A stretch of 63,980 nt of DNA, counting the filler, from Peribolospora baueri (Eukaryota), in the NCBI GenBank assembly GCA_029717555.1. It is 8 parts of 8 records of this genome, joined end to end, with 100 filler letters (N's around TTAATTAATTAA, not from the genome) between each part and the next. Parts side by side here need not be neighbours in the genome. Positions count along the whole stretch, not along the records: positions 18,160 to 26,945 come from JAMDHS010000184.1; positions 27,046 to 35,797 come from JAMDHS010000185.1; positions 35,898 to 44,627 come from JAMDHS010000186.1; 5 more parts are not named here. One strand, given 5' to 3'. The notes beneath the pieces are model-generated. The model did no database searches, had not been told where the DNA came from, and saw nothing but the letters and a program-made list of their open reading frames with translations. Both the position numbers and the translations under genes were made by a program. Shown here piece after piece: positions 22,730-35,995 of the stretch (positions are counted from its first letter, which is position 1; each line of letters begins with the position of its first letter).

Positions 22730-25700
22730 ATGGGGCTCCCCAAGCATGGGCACGGGAAAGGTCGAGAGGAGGCCCATGCCATTTCGTCCGATCTGAGCTC
22801 TGCATACAGCGCCTACCAACATTCCGTCGCAGGGGACCGGGTTGTGCGACCAGAGCAGAGCCAGCCGTGGCCAACCAGGGACGCGACGTCCGGACCACCC
22901 TTTCCTCTCACCTCCGGCTCAGACGCTCCCTCGTCCATCTCCATGCCGCCGCCCTCCGTCCCAGCCGCCGGCAACCCTTTGGATGCCGTCCTCGCCCCGC
23001 TGACCGAATACGATGCCGCCGCTGTCATGGTCGGCAGCGGCGCTTCTTCATCGAACCTCCCATCCTCCGTGACGGGAGATATGACTCTGGGCGATTGGGC
23101 CACCGCTCTCACACCGCCGTCCTCTGGTCCACAACCGTTCGCAGCAGCGGCTCAGGCCCCCCAACGCCCTTCTTCCCGCTCTCACCCTCCCCATCCCCAA
23201 CACCAACTTGTCGACGCCCGTCTGCTACCGACCCACGAGCGCCTCGCCCACTCGAGCCCGCATACCCTCGCCAAGCTTTGGGCGCGCCACTCCTCCCCCT
23301 CCGTTTCATCTTCTTACTGTGCCGCCTCTTCCACCTCGGCTCTAGCGGCAACGACCCTCTCCGATCACCGATCCGTCCGAGCGGACGACGTGCCGGAGAC
23401 CATCGAGCCGTCCCTCACCGACGTCCGCCGAACAGGTCCCCTCAATGCTGGAGGCGGTGGCCATGCGCAGCAGGCGTCTCCCCATCAGACTACCGCCGCC
23501 GTCGCATCGGGCGGGACGGAGAAGGCGGCGTCGGATGAGCAGCACGCCACCGATCACCCACCATCATCGTCCCGTCCGGTCGCTCGTCAGGCGTGTCTTA
23601 GGTGCCGAGCATGCAAGCGGCGTTGCGATGGCGCCAAGCCCATCTGTGGCCAGTGCAGGGGACGTGGCGTGCACAGGGGCGAGGAGAGGGTCGGCGACGG
23701 AGGCGGCGCAGGCGCCGCCGCGGCGCAGAACGAGGACTGTTGCGTGTGGGTCCAGTCGCGCAGGGGAGGACCACGCGTAAAGGGACAAAAGGTCGTAAAG
23801 CCGCCTCTGCCACCGCCACCGCCACCTCTTCCGTCCGCCCCATCGTACGCTCGTCCCGCTCCTGCTCCGGCCACGGCCTATCCTCTTCACCACCGCCACC
23901 TCCATGAGCATGAAGGCGGAGGCAACCTCTCTTTGTTGCCCTCGTCCAGCATCATCGACCCAAAGGCGGCCCTCACCTTTTGGCACCAACTCGAGACGCT
24001 TCCCAAAGCCGGTGTGCCGCACGGCGATGATGACAAAGGTCATACCGCCGCCGCCGCGCCGCTGCCCCATCCCAGCCTCCAGGCCGATTTTGTGGCGGAA
24101 CATCATTTGGGACAGATGAATTTAAACGTTGGCGTTGCGGGGTCGTTGGAAAAGAGGATTGCCGTGGTGGCCGGGCATGGAGAAGGGAGAGTGGGAGTGG
24201 GAGGGGAAGGGGACAAGAAGAGAAGTGCGAGGGAGGACTTGAGAGGATGGTCGGAGGAGGACGCTACGAGGACGTGAGTTTCGTCTTGTCGATGACAGTG
24301 TCACCCCCATGACATCGAACCTGACCCTTCCCGTTCTCGTTCTCATTGCTTTTTTTTTTCTTTTGTAGGCTCGAACTATATTATCTCACCATCTACCCCA
24401 TCTGCCCTATCCTCCTCCCTCGCCATTCCATCTCCCGGCTCGCCACGCAGCTTTCCAATACCGGCCCATCGGCCCTCCTGAGCGCCATCACCGCCATGCT
24501 CGCCTTCCATCCTTCGACTCGCGCGTCGGACGAGCCAGAGAGCGAAGCCGAGACCAGGAGGAAGCAGGCTGATTATCATGTACAGCTGGCCTCGAGTTTG
24601 GTGGAGGAGCAGTGCGACAGGGCGAGAGAAATGGGCCTCTTCCGCGTCACCGTCAGCCCGGTTTCTTCGGTCGACGTCCACCGCCGATCTGCGCCCGCCG
24701 TCGCCGTCGTGCAATGTCTGCTGCACGTCGTCGTCACACTCGTCCTGCTCGCCACCCATCACTACGGCCAAAGTGGCCACGGGGTTTCACAGGCCATCCG
24801 CGCCTTTGAGATCGTCCGAGACATGGATTCGGGAGCGGGGCGCGCCGCCGCGGAGTGGTCCGTCGGCGACGGTCCCATTCTACCGCACGAGGTGGAAGAG
24901 CTGAGGAGGCGGTGCCACTGGATCACCTACGGTTGGGCCATTCTGACGTCCATTGTCGGCGGACATGTAAGCGTGTTCCCTCATCCTCCGCCCCTTTCAC
25001 TAACGAGCGCTTGACTCTGACCAATGGTCATTCTTCGCAGCCCAATCCCGTTTCTCGCACAGATGAACGACGCATCACCGCCGTCGAGGTACCCGTTTGC
25101 GTAGCGGACGGAGGCGCCTGGCCAGCGATATGTCAAGCCTTCCAACTCTCTTCGCGCAACTATCGCGCTGTCCTCGAACTCGGCTCGCTCTCCACCACTC
25201 CCGCGGACGCCGCCGCCGCCGCCGCCGGCTCTGGCTCTCGCGGCAGCGAAGCTCAGATGGCATTCCAACGTGCTGCGATTTTTGCCAACATGTGGGACAT
25301 CGATAGCGCGCTCTCCCGGTTCTTGACTGCCGGGCTGGGGAGCAGAGGTAGGGACGCGCGGCGGGAGATGAGGGCTGATGGTGACGTCGAAGATGGATTG
25401 CAGAGCGAGAGGGAGATGGCCAAGAGGTGCAAGCAGCTGGCCAGGTTTATCGCCTGCGGGTGAGCAGTCCCGTTCGCCGTGTTTTCTGTCGATCGTGGCT
25501 GTTGTCTTAATTTTTTTATGACCCCCCCCCCCTCCCCCCCCCCCCCCCCCCCCACCCCCCACCCCACCCCCCAATAAAGCGGCCTCATAGTCCTCCACCG
25601 AGGCCAGGCCTTTGGCGGCGTCGGCGGCATTTTCACAAGGCCCTTTTGCGGCATGCCCGAGGCACTCGCTGCACCTTCCGGTTCGGACGGTTCGGCGCTC

Positions 25701-26708
25701 AACCTCGTCGCTCTGACCTCGTCCGAGTTGCGCGCTCACGACCGGATGCACAGCACCATGAGCGGCAGCAGCGACAACGAGTCCACATTTTCCTCCTCCG
25801 CCGCCACACCGGGGCCTGTCATATCGCCCGCCATGGTCGGCGACAGCCTTGGCAAGGAACGGGTAGTCGCCGCGGGAGATGCGGTCCCGCACGTGTACGT
25901 GCAGAGCTCGTTGGACGACCCCCACGAGTCCTTCCTTCGTGGCTATCGAGGTTCGGACGAGCAGGACGTCGAGTCGTCCGAGGAGGACGAAGGCAGTCTG
26001 GGGCACGGTCTAGGCCCGATGTCGTTTGTCCCCGACGTCGATTCATCATCGCTCTACGGCGTTCGGGGGACCATTCGCGCGCATTTGCCAGCCAGCGTCC
26101 CGCACGAAGAGGACACCTCGCCGGCGTCAGCGTCGTGGTCCAGTAGTGGCCCCAACGACAGCTTCGATCTGCACGCCGCCGGACCTTTCAACCCTTCGTT
26201 CTCCCTCTCCCGCTGCGCTGCCGCCGCCGACGCCCTATTCGCCATGCCTGTAGCATCCCGCACCCCTGCCGAGTGTGCCACGTCGGCCTTGATGCTAGAA
26301 GGGCTGATGATGGGCAACAACAACAGTCAAAGCCCGTGCGCCGTCGGAGAAGTGCCGTCCTTGACGCCCTTCACGGCGTGCGGCTTTGTTTTGGCCGCCT
26401 ACGTGACCTTTATGCGTTGTCTCCTGGTGCAGATGGGCCATGGGCCGGGCGAGCCGTGTGACCTTGGCACCTCCCGTTCCTCTTCCTCTTCCTCCGTCTT
26501 CTCTTCTTCCACCTCGTCATACAACACCGATATCAAGCCCACGACGAGCACGCCACTTGCGCCCCACGACCAAGTCCGTCACTTCAGATGTCTTGCCAGC
26601 TCCACGGCGGCCATGTTGGACGGTTACGCCGAATGGTGGGAAGTGGCTAGAGGGTACGGACAAGAGATCAAGGCCTTGCTCGCCGCCAACGTCGCACTCT
26701 ATCATTGA
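22730..26708 (+). CDS. Zn(II)2Cys6 fungal transcription factor (multi-exon)
   Basis: ACLRCRACKRRCDGAKPICGQC...CCVW. Middle region contains YYLTIYPICPIL and EELRRRCHW. Confidence 0.88.
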
Positions 26709-26890
26709 TTTCACGCGCGTTGTGCCGTGCTCGCTCGCTTTGTCTCCTTTTGCATGCTCGTTCGTTTGCGAGCGAAGGTTTTAAGGGGCGGGGTTAAGAG
26801 GGTTAAGGTGGGATAGTGTATTTGGCTTCCACCTTTTTCCGCCATGATTCTTACCCATCCCGCCCGCAACGAGCAAATCGCATATCCTCT

Positions 26891-26945
<55 letters not shown>

Positions 26946-27045
26946 NNNNNNNNNNNNNNNNNNNNNNNNNNNNNNNNNNNNNNNNNNNNTTAATTAATTA
27001 ANNNNNNNNNNNNNNNNNNNNNNNNNNNNNNNNNNNNNNNNNNNN

Positions 27046-30000
27046 CTGAACGTGTCACGTCGCGGACCAGGTGCCAGTCGACAAAAGCACCACGGTCGAG
27101 CTGTCGACCCACCCGTTCTAGTCGATCGGCCAGCTCAGGATGATCCACCCGCAACTCATCGAGTCCTGTCCGAAGCGCAAAGGCCTGAGCCCAAATGACG
27201 GAGCGACCCTCGTCCAAAAACTCAACAGCCTGCTCGAGTTGGCTTTGACCGATGGCATACGACGCGGCGTCCCGGGCCAGGTTGCCGGACCACTTCAGCA
27301 GCGCTGCCTGACGGGATTCTGCGTCCAGGTCCAGCCAAGCTACCCGAGGTAGCAGGCGCACGGCTGCTGAGTACCCATCTAACGCCGATTGCGACCGACC
27401 TTGCTCACGTGCCAGATTGGCCCAATGCAAAGCTGCCTCGAACGCAACTGCAGGAGGTCCCGCACGAGAGGATGCAGCCTCGTTGAAAACCCGCAAGCTC
27501 TGCTCTAGGTCGTCTATGGCCTTGGTGACACGGAAGCGATGTTGCAGCGAATTGCCGAGGCTGTGGAGGTGTGCAGGCCGGTCAGGATGGCCATCGGGAG
27601 TGAGATCTACAGCTTGCTTTATGTTCGAGATGGAAGCCTCGAGGTCGTCCATGTCCCCGAGGCGACCGAAGCGCGTTAGGAACAAATCGCCGAGGTTGTT
27701 GAGGTACATAGGCCGGTCAGAATGTCCATGGGGAGTGAGGTCTACCGCTTGCTGTAGGTTCCAGATGGAAGCATCGAGGTCGATGGTGTCCCCGAGGCGA
27801 CCGAAGCGCATTCGCAGCAAATTGCCGAGGTTGTTGAGGCGCCCAGGCCGGTCAGAATGTCCATCGGGAGTGAGGTCTACCGCTTGCTGTAGGTTCCAGA
27901 TGGAAGCGTCGAGGTCGGCGGTGTCGCCGAGGCGACCGAAGCGCATTCGCAGCAAATTGCCGAGGTTGTTGAGGCGCCCAGGCCGGTCAGAATGTCCATC
28001 GGGAGTGAGGTCTACCGCTTGCTTTACATTCGAGATGGAAGCGTCGAGGTCGTCCATTTGTCTAAGGCGCCGGTAGCGACTCATCAAGGAATCGGCAAGA
28101 GACTCAAATCGATTAGGGTCATTGAGAAGCTGAAGCAACTCTTTTGCTTCTTCCTCCGGCTTGCCTGCCTAATAAGACGAATGCAAAAACTTTGTAGCGA
28201 CGGTCACTCCACCGGAATGAGGACGGCTCACCTTGTTCCCAAGCCAGCTTCGGGCTGTTGATATGGACGGCAACGCGACTTGTAAGGCGCTCAGAAATTC
28301 CAAGACCGCAAGCCACTGAGGCAAGTGCTCCAAGAAGAGCGACCGGACTTGCTGGTAGATCTCGTCATCGGCGGGAGATTCACTGAGATGTTCGGCCCAA
28401 AAACGAAAAGCATATTGCAGTTCTTCGGGAACGTGCTCGTCGAGAAGGACGGGATTGCCCGGCTCTCCTTGGTTGAGCAACGAAGGATCTAGACCACAGC
28501 TCTTGAACGAGCCGGTTATCAGACCTAAACAGCAACGAGTGAGATGGAGGTTGCGGGTTGCCGCGTCCACAAAGAACCTATCGTCCTTGCAGCGATCCTG
28601 GTTAGTGAGAAAATCGGGAAAGGACGCGTGAATTACGCGGATGACTCCTTTCGAGGCAGGGTCGATCGCGAGGACGGAATGCAACTTTAGAAGCAACAGG
28701 TTGACTTCCTTGGTTCGCGTCGCGGGATCGCTCGGGGGGCTCTGTGCGAGCAGTGATCCGAGAGCTGATGGTGTCACGCGGACTTTGATGGTGACAATGG
28801 CCCCGATGACGCTCTTGAACATGCTAACGAGTCGTGGGAAAGAACTGCGCTCATATGCTTGCTTCAGGATTTGCTGATATAGGTAGTCCAAGCCGGTCCA
28901 CGGGGAGGGCTCGTCCCTGTTCGGGTTGCTATCGAGCACCATTTTGAGTTGGCCTTCGGGATCGAGGATCTCTTTGTCCCCAATGAAGTCGCAGGCGGTC
29001 CTGACCCAAACGAACAGACCAGCCGCTTGCCTAACGAGAGCGTCCTTCGTTTCTTTTCCTGGCCAGGAATCATCGAGCAGGTCGTCGAAGCCGGCGACCA
29101 CCCTTGACAGCCGCTCATCGAGAACGAGACCGATATCTCGGTCGATATCCTTCTCGGCGATGCCAACGACGTGATCTTGGACGCACGTTCCCATCCTCCG
29201 GAACATTGCGCTGATGTCACTCTCGCGGCGACTGGTGATGAGAAATTTGACCGAGGGGGAGAGCTTGGGAACCTCGGCCTCGATGGCCCCAAGAAGGCTG
29301 GAACGGGACCCTGCCGTCCCACACTCGTCCAGGGCGTCCAGGACGACGACTATCGGTGCCGTCGGATCGGCTCCCTGCAGGGCGGCCTTGAGGGGGCTAG
29401 AGATGAGCCGTTGAAACTGGTTTCTGGGAGGCATAGCAACAATTTCCGCCGGTTCCTTCTCCTTCAAGACCTCTACTAACGCGTGAGCGACGGAACTGTT
29501 GAACTCGGCGAGTTGCCTGGCGAGCGTGCTTAACACTTTTTCCGGATCTTTCCGGTGGGCCATGGCCCGTACGAAGAAAAAGCTAGCCCCAAGGCGGTGA
29601 TGCTCCTCAAGCTTGGCGCATACGCTTCGAGCAAGCGTCGACTTCCCCGTACCGGCTTGACCGCTCAGCCAAAAGATGCGGGCCTGCTCCTCTTCATCAC
29701 TTTCGATCCATTTGAAAATGGCGGCCATAGCGTGCTCGCGCGTACCTTCCGTGCAGAGAGCATAGTTCTCAACGTCCGAATTGTATGCGGCCGGGACTAG
29801 AGGGAGCCCATTGAGAAGCTCTCTTTCCCGAGCAAGGCGGGTTCTTCGATCTGTAAAATGGCGTTGGCTTGGTTTAAGCGAAAGTTGAAGAATGACGATA
29901 AATTGTGCATGCACGCACCGCTCTCCCTGAATTCTTTGAGCAATTCATCCGTATTCTTCCAAATACGGATGTCGAGAGTAAGGAGGAATTTCTCTTTCAA

Positions 30001-31610
30001 TTTGGCAAAGTTAGAATTGCACGTCTTAATGCGAGTCGCCATATTCGACGACACTGTAGATTTGGCAGCGCGGACTGGAGGACAGAGGGTGGAGAGAGAG
30101 CGATCGCGTCAGTAATGATACCGCAGGCAGCTACGATGAAGCCGTGGAGATGGTCACCGAGAAAGGAGCTTGAGGTATATTCCTGAATAACGTCGGCGCA
30201 TTCCTTGACAGCATCTGCCATGTCCTTGACGACGTCAGACGTTCCTTCGATCTTCCTTAGCTCGCTTGCTTCTCTTGCAAAGGCAAGGGTATCCCTCATG
30301 GTGACCGCAAGGTCTCGAACATTGTCGTCCTGCTCGGCCTGCTGCTTTAAAGCCTAACTCATATGCGAAATGGAAACCAAGAAGCCATGCAGTTCGTCCA
30401 GCCATGCCTCTCTGAGAAGCCTAGAGCAATCGTCATCCACCTACCTTGTAACCGGCGGTCAGAATATTGAACGCCGTCGCAAGGTATGGGTGTACCTGGC
30501 GAGGTCCGGATTGAGAGAGAACGATCGGTCAGCATTCATAGCGAAGACGAAGCGAGGCCATCTCCCTCAACCTACACTTGTGACGCCCTCAAGGGTCTTG
30601 AGCACCTGATCGAGGTACCCTATAGCGTCGCCGAGAGGCGAAATCCATTCGCCGAGATTAACCGCCTTCGAGTAAGCGGATTGAGTAGTCGCCTCGAGGG
30701 ACAGAAAGCCATCCACTATATTAGACGTGGTGGCGAACGGACGCGAAAGGTCTCCGGGCCGATCGAGCCGAGCTAGACGATCGTCAGCCGTCTTTACTTG
30801 GTCGGTAGCAATACGGATTTCCATCTTGGTGGGCAAGGCTGAGTCCTCGACGGTCTGAACGAAAAAATTGAGGTTTAGGGTACCTGGGACGAGTACATTG
30901 TCTTTCCGCAGCTGACGGCCTAGAGTTCGGTCTGTGTGCAACAGGGAGGGCATGGGCGTCGGCAAGGTCGAGGTGGGAAGAGGAAAGTGGGACGCAGTAA
31001 AGTGGAAGACTCACGGGCCGATGGATTCTCTTGTTCAAGAAGGTCTCCTAGCTGTAACCGTAATCCACCGACAAGCCCACGTGCGTCACCTAGCGCGAGT
31101 TTCCTGCTCAGTAGCGAGCGCCTTCGTAAAACATCTATGGTGAAGGTGGAAGAGTGTTGCAAGGCGCTAGGAGGAAAGGGACCGGAGAAAGGGGACGGGG
31201 AAACGTTCGTCACCGAGGCAGCTGAGCCTATTTGGGTGCATGTAGGACAGTCCGAGAGCACCTACAACTCGAACACTTGCTCCCAGACGAGTTCGGCGCG
31301 AAAAGGCTTAGCTTCGGTTGCCTGTGTTTGCTCGTCGTCGACGGCAAGTTCGAGAAAGACATGGCTCCTCGACTTGAGGCCGCCGAGTTGGATGCCGTTG
31401 AGTCTAATCTCTATGGGCGTGGCGCACTGAATTATCGTCAGCTTCGACTACATACATGATAACGGGCGGTGGGATGGGGCAGACGAACCTTGGAGCCGAA
31501 GGTTTGTGAACCTGTAACATGACAGAGAATGGGGTCAAGGCGGTGTTGGCAGACGGGTAAAGCGACTGGGCTCACCTTGGGGGAGGAGGCTCCGAAGACT
31601 GAGTGGTCAT
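27046..31610 (-). CDS. NLR-like protein: C2-like, helical, NACHT, TPR repeats, pre-CHAT region (3' end cut by contig end; 5' end uncertain)
   Basis: Walker A WLSGQAGTGKST, Walker B VVLDALDEC and FLITSR. In-frame intron 28169-28231 links to 45-aa TPR units, then LPRVAWLDL...AVEFLDEGRSVIWAQ...HPELADRL. C2-like exons at ~31040-31425. Confidence 0.85.
27520..28060 (-). repeat. Four highly conserved 135-bp (45-aa) TPR units
   Basis: DLDASI.N..QAVDLTPDGHSDRP..LNNLG.L...RFGRLGD is repeated. Confidence 0.9.
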
Positions 31611-32334
31611 GGGGGTGAATGACAGTTGAAAGCTGCGCTGAAGTCAAGGTCGAGGCGGGATCGATAAAAAACGAGTGTGAGAGTAGACGAGGATGATGCT
31701 CAGGGGAGCGTCCGCTTAAGCAGAGGGTGATGGGCGGAGGAGGATGAAGGACAGAGAGCACGGTCGGGGCGCCTAGACGATAGCACGTTGGGACATGGGA
31801 GATGGGTTGCCGCAGAGTTCGGTGTGTTGCCGAGAGAGAAGTTAGTTGGTCGACGGCCGCCGACGTTTGCTCCTGATGCGAAGGCTCCTTTAACAGGACG
31901 GCCTAGTGCTCATCGAGCATGCTTGCGCGAAAGAGAGGACACGAAGCGTTTTCTCTTGACCAACTCTACGATGCCCGACCAAGGACAATTGCAACACCTC
32001 CGCGGATCTGGCATTACTCGAGATGGACCGTCGTACGTGCTGAACTAGCCAGATTGCTAAGAATAGACGTTCAGACTTCGCTTTACCTTCGCCTGCCACG
32101 TGCCTCATCGCCGACTAGCGTGAGGTGGTGCACATGGCAATGGCACGTGCACGTTGTCCAAGTCGCGCTGTACGAAGGCCACTATCAAGGCGGCGCCCCG
32201 CACCTGGTGCGAGTAATAAGGCGGTCATCGTCCATCCAGATGGCTTCCTCCTTTTCACCTCTTGCTGTTCCCTCTGCCTCCTCATCAACGAGCGCAACTG
32301 CCACACTTTGACCTCTTTCCACTCCACAGCGACC

Positions 32335-35300
32335 ATGGCGATTGACGATCTCGGACCGACCGAGTTGATCAGCCAACCCCCGTTGCTACAATCCTGCCTA
32401 ACCATCAGAGTCCATGGTGCGTATCCAGACCTCTCTCTTCCCAAGACAGACTTCCACTGTCACCGCTCCTCCTTCAAATGAGCTGTTTTCTGTTCTCGAA
32501 CGAACTCACTCCCAGTGCGCCGCGCAACCGGCCTTCCGGCTTGGAAAAGTGGTTTGGTCGCCCATCGACCAGAAGCCTTTGTTCGCATCTTTCTTGACGG
32601 ACAACAGGCGTTCTCTGCGGACGCTCCTGTAGAAACGCAGACCGTGAAAAGCAAGGCCCCTGAGTGGGATAAAGAATTTGACCTCACGTGGGCCATTCTT
32701 TCCACTGCCACGCATTTGCCATTCCCATCGCTGACCTACACCCCGCTTGCGCTTCTGGCAAAATCTTCTGCCGATCTTTAGAGTGCCCGATCACGCGTGC
32801 TTAGAGCTCAGAGTGTTTCGTCAAGCTGGAGACGGGGCGGAAAGGCATGAATTCTTAGGTGCCGTTTGCGTGCGCCTGAACTTGGACGAAATTCCCGAGT
32901 GTGAGCCCGTTGCCTTTCTCACGTGCATCCTTCGAACGATGGGCCACGATCTCATCACTCGGTGACTTTCGGCCTTTTTGCTGAAAGCTGATCCTCAAGT
33001 GCAGGTGCGCCAGCTCTTATCTTTGCATGATGACCCGCCAGTTGAGGGGGGGCAGGTCAAGGGCGAGCTCGAGTTTTCGATTCGTCGACTGAGTGGCAAG
33101 TCCTTGGACCTGGTCCCGGCGACCGCATTAGCTCTCGAAAGCTTGGAGCGAAGCGCCCGGCGTTTTGCTAGGTTCGACGCTGCGCAGCAAACGGCCGTGC
33201 AAGTCGACACATATCTTTCTGAACTCAACACCGTCGTAGAATGGGCGCCCCTCGACAAGTTCTTAGGCTTTGTCGACCGCTTCGTCCAAATTGGAGACGC
33301 CACTGCAAATGTGAGCTCTTACGGTAGGGGAAATAAGCGTAGCCGTATCATGCTTCCTGACTTGCCATGTCGTGCGCGCAGCTTCACCCTGCAGCCAAGC
33401 TGGCCTGGGGCATCGTGTCGGCCGCCTACCGGGTAAGTGACTTGCATAATGTGCCTGGTGCACCTTCCTTCTAGCTAGTAACGGAATGTTGTGCGGACAT
33501 GATGCCTCTTGCAACAGGTGCTCCAGCAGCAGACGCAGCTGGATGCACAAATCAAAGGCCTAGGGGACCAGATTAAGCAGATGAGCCGTTGGATCAACGA
33601 AGCCCAGCGTTGGGCCACGATTGCTCTATTGAAAGATGCAGTGAGGGACATGATCGAAGCCATGGTAGGATGCGCCAAGCTCATCAAGCAGAGCGGACAG
33701 CGGCCCCATTGGGGTGAGTTTCTGGGTTTCCTCTCGGCGAGCGCGGCGTCGGCTGACTCGCCTCGCGATCTGCCCATAGAGCGTGTCGTTCGCTTTGCTT
33801 TGAGCAGTGAAGACAGCACCAAGGTCGCTTCGTACGAGGAACAATTTCGAAAAATTAATGCGAATTTCCAAATGGCTGTCAACATGGAGAGTGCTGCTGC
33901 CGCCCGGGAGAGTACTGCTGCCGCCCGGGAGATTGCTGCCGGAATATCCGAGCGTCGACGCGAGTCCCAAGAAAAGGGTTCGTGTACTCTGTCTGCCCAT
34001 GACGCAGTCTCCTTCAGAACTTGTTTAGTTCCTACTTAATTATTGTGATCCTGACTTTATGCTCCCCGAACAGAATGGGCGGAATGGCTGGAGTACCTCC
34101 CTCGTGCCGAGCTAGCCGAGTACGATCGGGGCCGGAGGTGTCTCTCGGGCACGCGAACCGAAATCCTAGAAAAAGTCCGGAACTGGACTCGGGACCTCCA
34201 GGGCAGCCAAGTCTTTTGGATCACCGGACTCGCTGGCTCCGGCAAATCTACGATTGCCAATACCGTTGCGGGGATCATCGATGACGACGAGGGCATTCTC
34301 GGTGCAAGCTTCTTTTTCAGTCGCGATTTTGCCGATCGGCGCAATGCGCGGCTCGTCTTCAGCACCATCGCCTTTCATCTGGCTCACCGCGATGCGGGTG
34401 AGGGTTCCCTCACCGAGAGAATCATCTCGGCGCTGAAGAAGGATCCCGATGCGGGCAAGGGAGCGGTCGCCAACCAGTTCGAGAAGCTGCTCGCCGCCCC
34501 TCTTCGTACCGTCCGATCCGCCAAGCCCATCGTCGTCGTTCTCGACGCCTTGGACGAGTGTGAGGAAGGTCGTGACGATCTCCTCGCCGTCCTCAGACAT
34601 GGGGTGCCGGAGCTTCCAAAATTCTTCAAGCTGTTCATCACGAGCCGATCCGACAATCAGGTCGAGGCGACCATCTCTAGCCTTCGCGACACTGTCGCCC
34701 GCCGCAACCTCCGCACGGACGACTCGGATACAGTACGCGACATCGCTCTGTACGTTAGGAGTGAGATGGATGAGACCGCCTTACAGCAGTCGCAAGATGA
34801 TGATTGGCCTGGGCCGGAAACCCGGGATCGCCTGGTCCAGCGAGCGCATGGACTTTTCATATGGGTCCGCACAGCTGGCAAGTTCCTTCGCGATCCCGAT
34901 GGCCCCGGTCCAGAGGAGGGACTAGAACTTTTGCTCGAAGGCGGGTTCGCCGCCTCTTCCGCTGAGGCGGGTCTCGATCAGCTTTATCTCACTGTCCTTA
35001 CCCAAGCCTATCGTCCCCAGACACCTGTCCTGAATCTCTGGGCCTTTCGGCGAGTTGTGGGGGCCATCATCACGCTTCAGTATCCCCTCAGTCCAGCGAG
35101 CCTCGACGAACTTCTCGATTTGCGCGCACCGGGTTCTACGAGGCCTCTCAAGTCCAAGGACGTCACTCATCGCCTTCGATCCGTCTTGGATGGTCATGAC
35201 GACACTGACGGCACCGTCCGCATCATCCATCCTTCGTTTGCCGACTACCTCACTGACAAGTCTCGGTGCCAGGACGAGAGGTTTTGGGTCGACAGGACAG

Positions 35301-35797
35301 AGCAAAACAGAGATCTCGCTCTCCGTTCTCTCATGACTATGCAAGAACTCCTTTGCCAGGATATCTGCAACATTGGAGATACCACCAAGACCAATTCCGA
35401 AGTTCCAGATCTTCACTCCCTGATCAAAACTCATATACCCACCCACCTACGCTACGCTTGTGTCTCCTGGGCTGGACATCTCTCGAAAGTGCCCACGGAC
35501 GACATCGATATTTATGCCCTTGTCAGGTCCTTCTTTTTCGACCACCTTCTCAATTGGGTTGAGGCCATGAGTCTTCTGGATGCCATCGGGTCGTCTTTGC
35601 GGTCGTTGGAACAAGCCTCGCAATGGATCGAGGTGAGTTATCTTCATTGGCTGTTCGAAGCTCTTACGACCATCTTTGACGTTGCCGCACATTCTCCAGG
35701 CATACAGCGCAGGAGACGAAAAGCTCTGCCAACTTGTCCGCGATGCTCGTCGTTTCGTGCAAACGTTCCGAAATCCAATAACCCAAAGCGCCCTTCA
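32335..35797 (+). CDS. NLR-like protein: C2, helical, NACHT (WD40-type linker; cut by contig end)
   Basis: Spliced C2 motif LTIRVHVRRATGLP...PEAFVRIFLDG...APEWDKEFDL. Also CLSGTR, FWITGLAGSGKSTIA, VVVLDALDEC and IIHPSFADYL. Ends LVRDARRFVQTFRNPITQSAL. Confidence 0.88.
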
Positions 35798-35897
35798 NNN
35801 NNNNNNNNNNNNNNNNNNNNNNNNNNNNNNNNNNNNNNNNNTTAATTAATTAANNNNNNNNNNNNNNNNNNNNNNNNNNNNNNNNNNNNNNNNNNNN

Positions 35898-35995
35898 CCT
35901 AACCCTAACCCTAACCCTAACCCTAACCCTAACCCTAACCCTAACCCTAACCCTAACCCTAACCCTAACCCTAACCCTAACCCTAACCCTAACCC
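35898..35995. repeat. Telomere (CCCTAA)n, ~16 units, at contig start
   Basis: Perfect hexamer array at the contig terminus. Confidence 0.97.
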
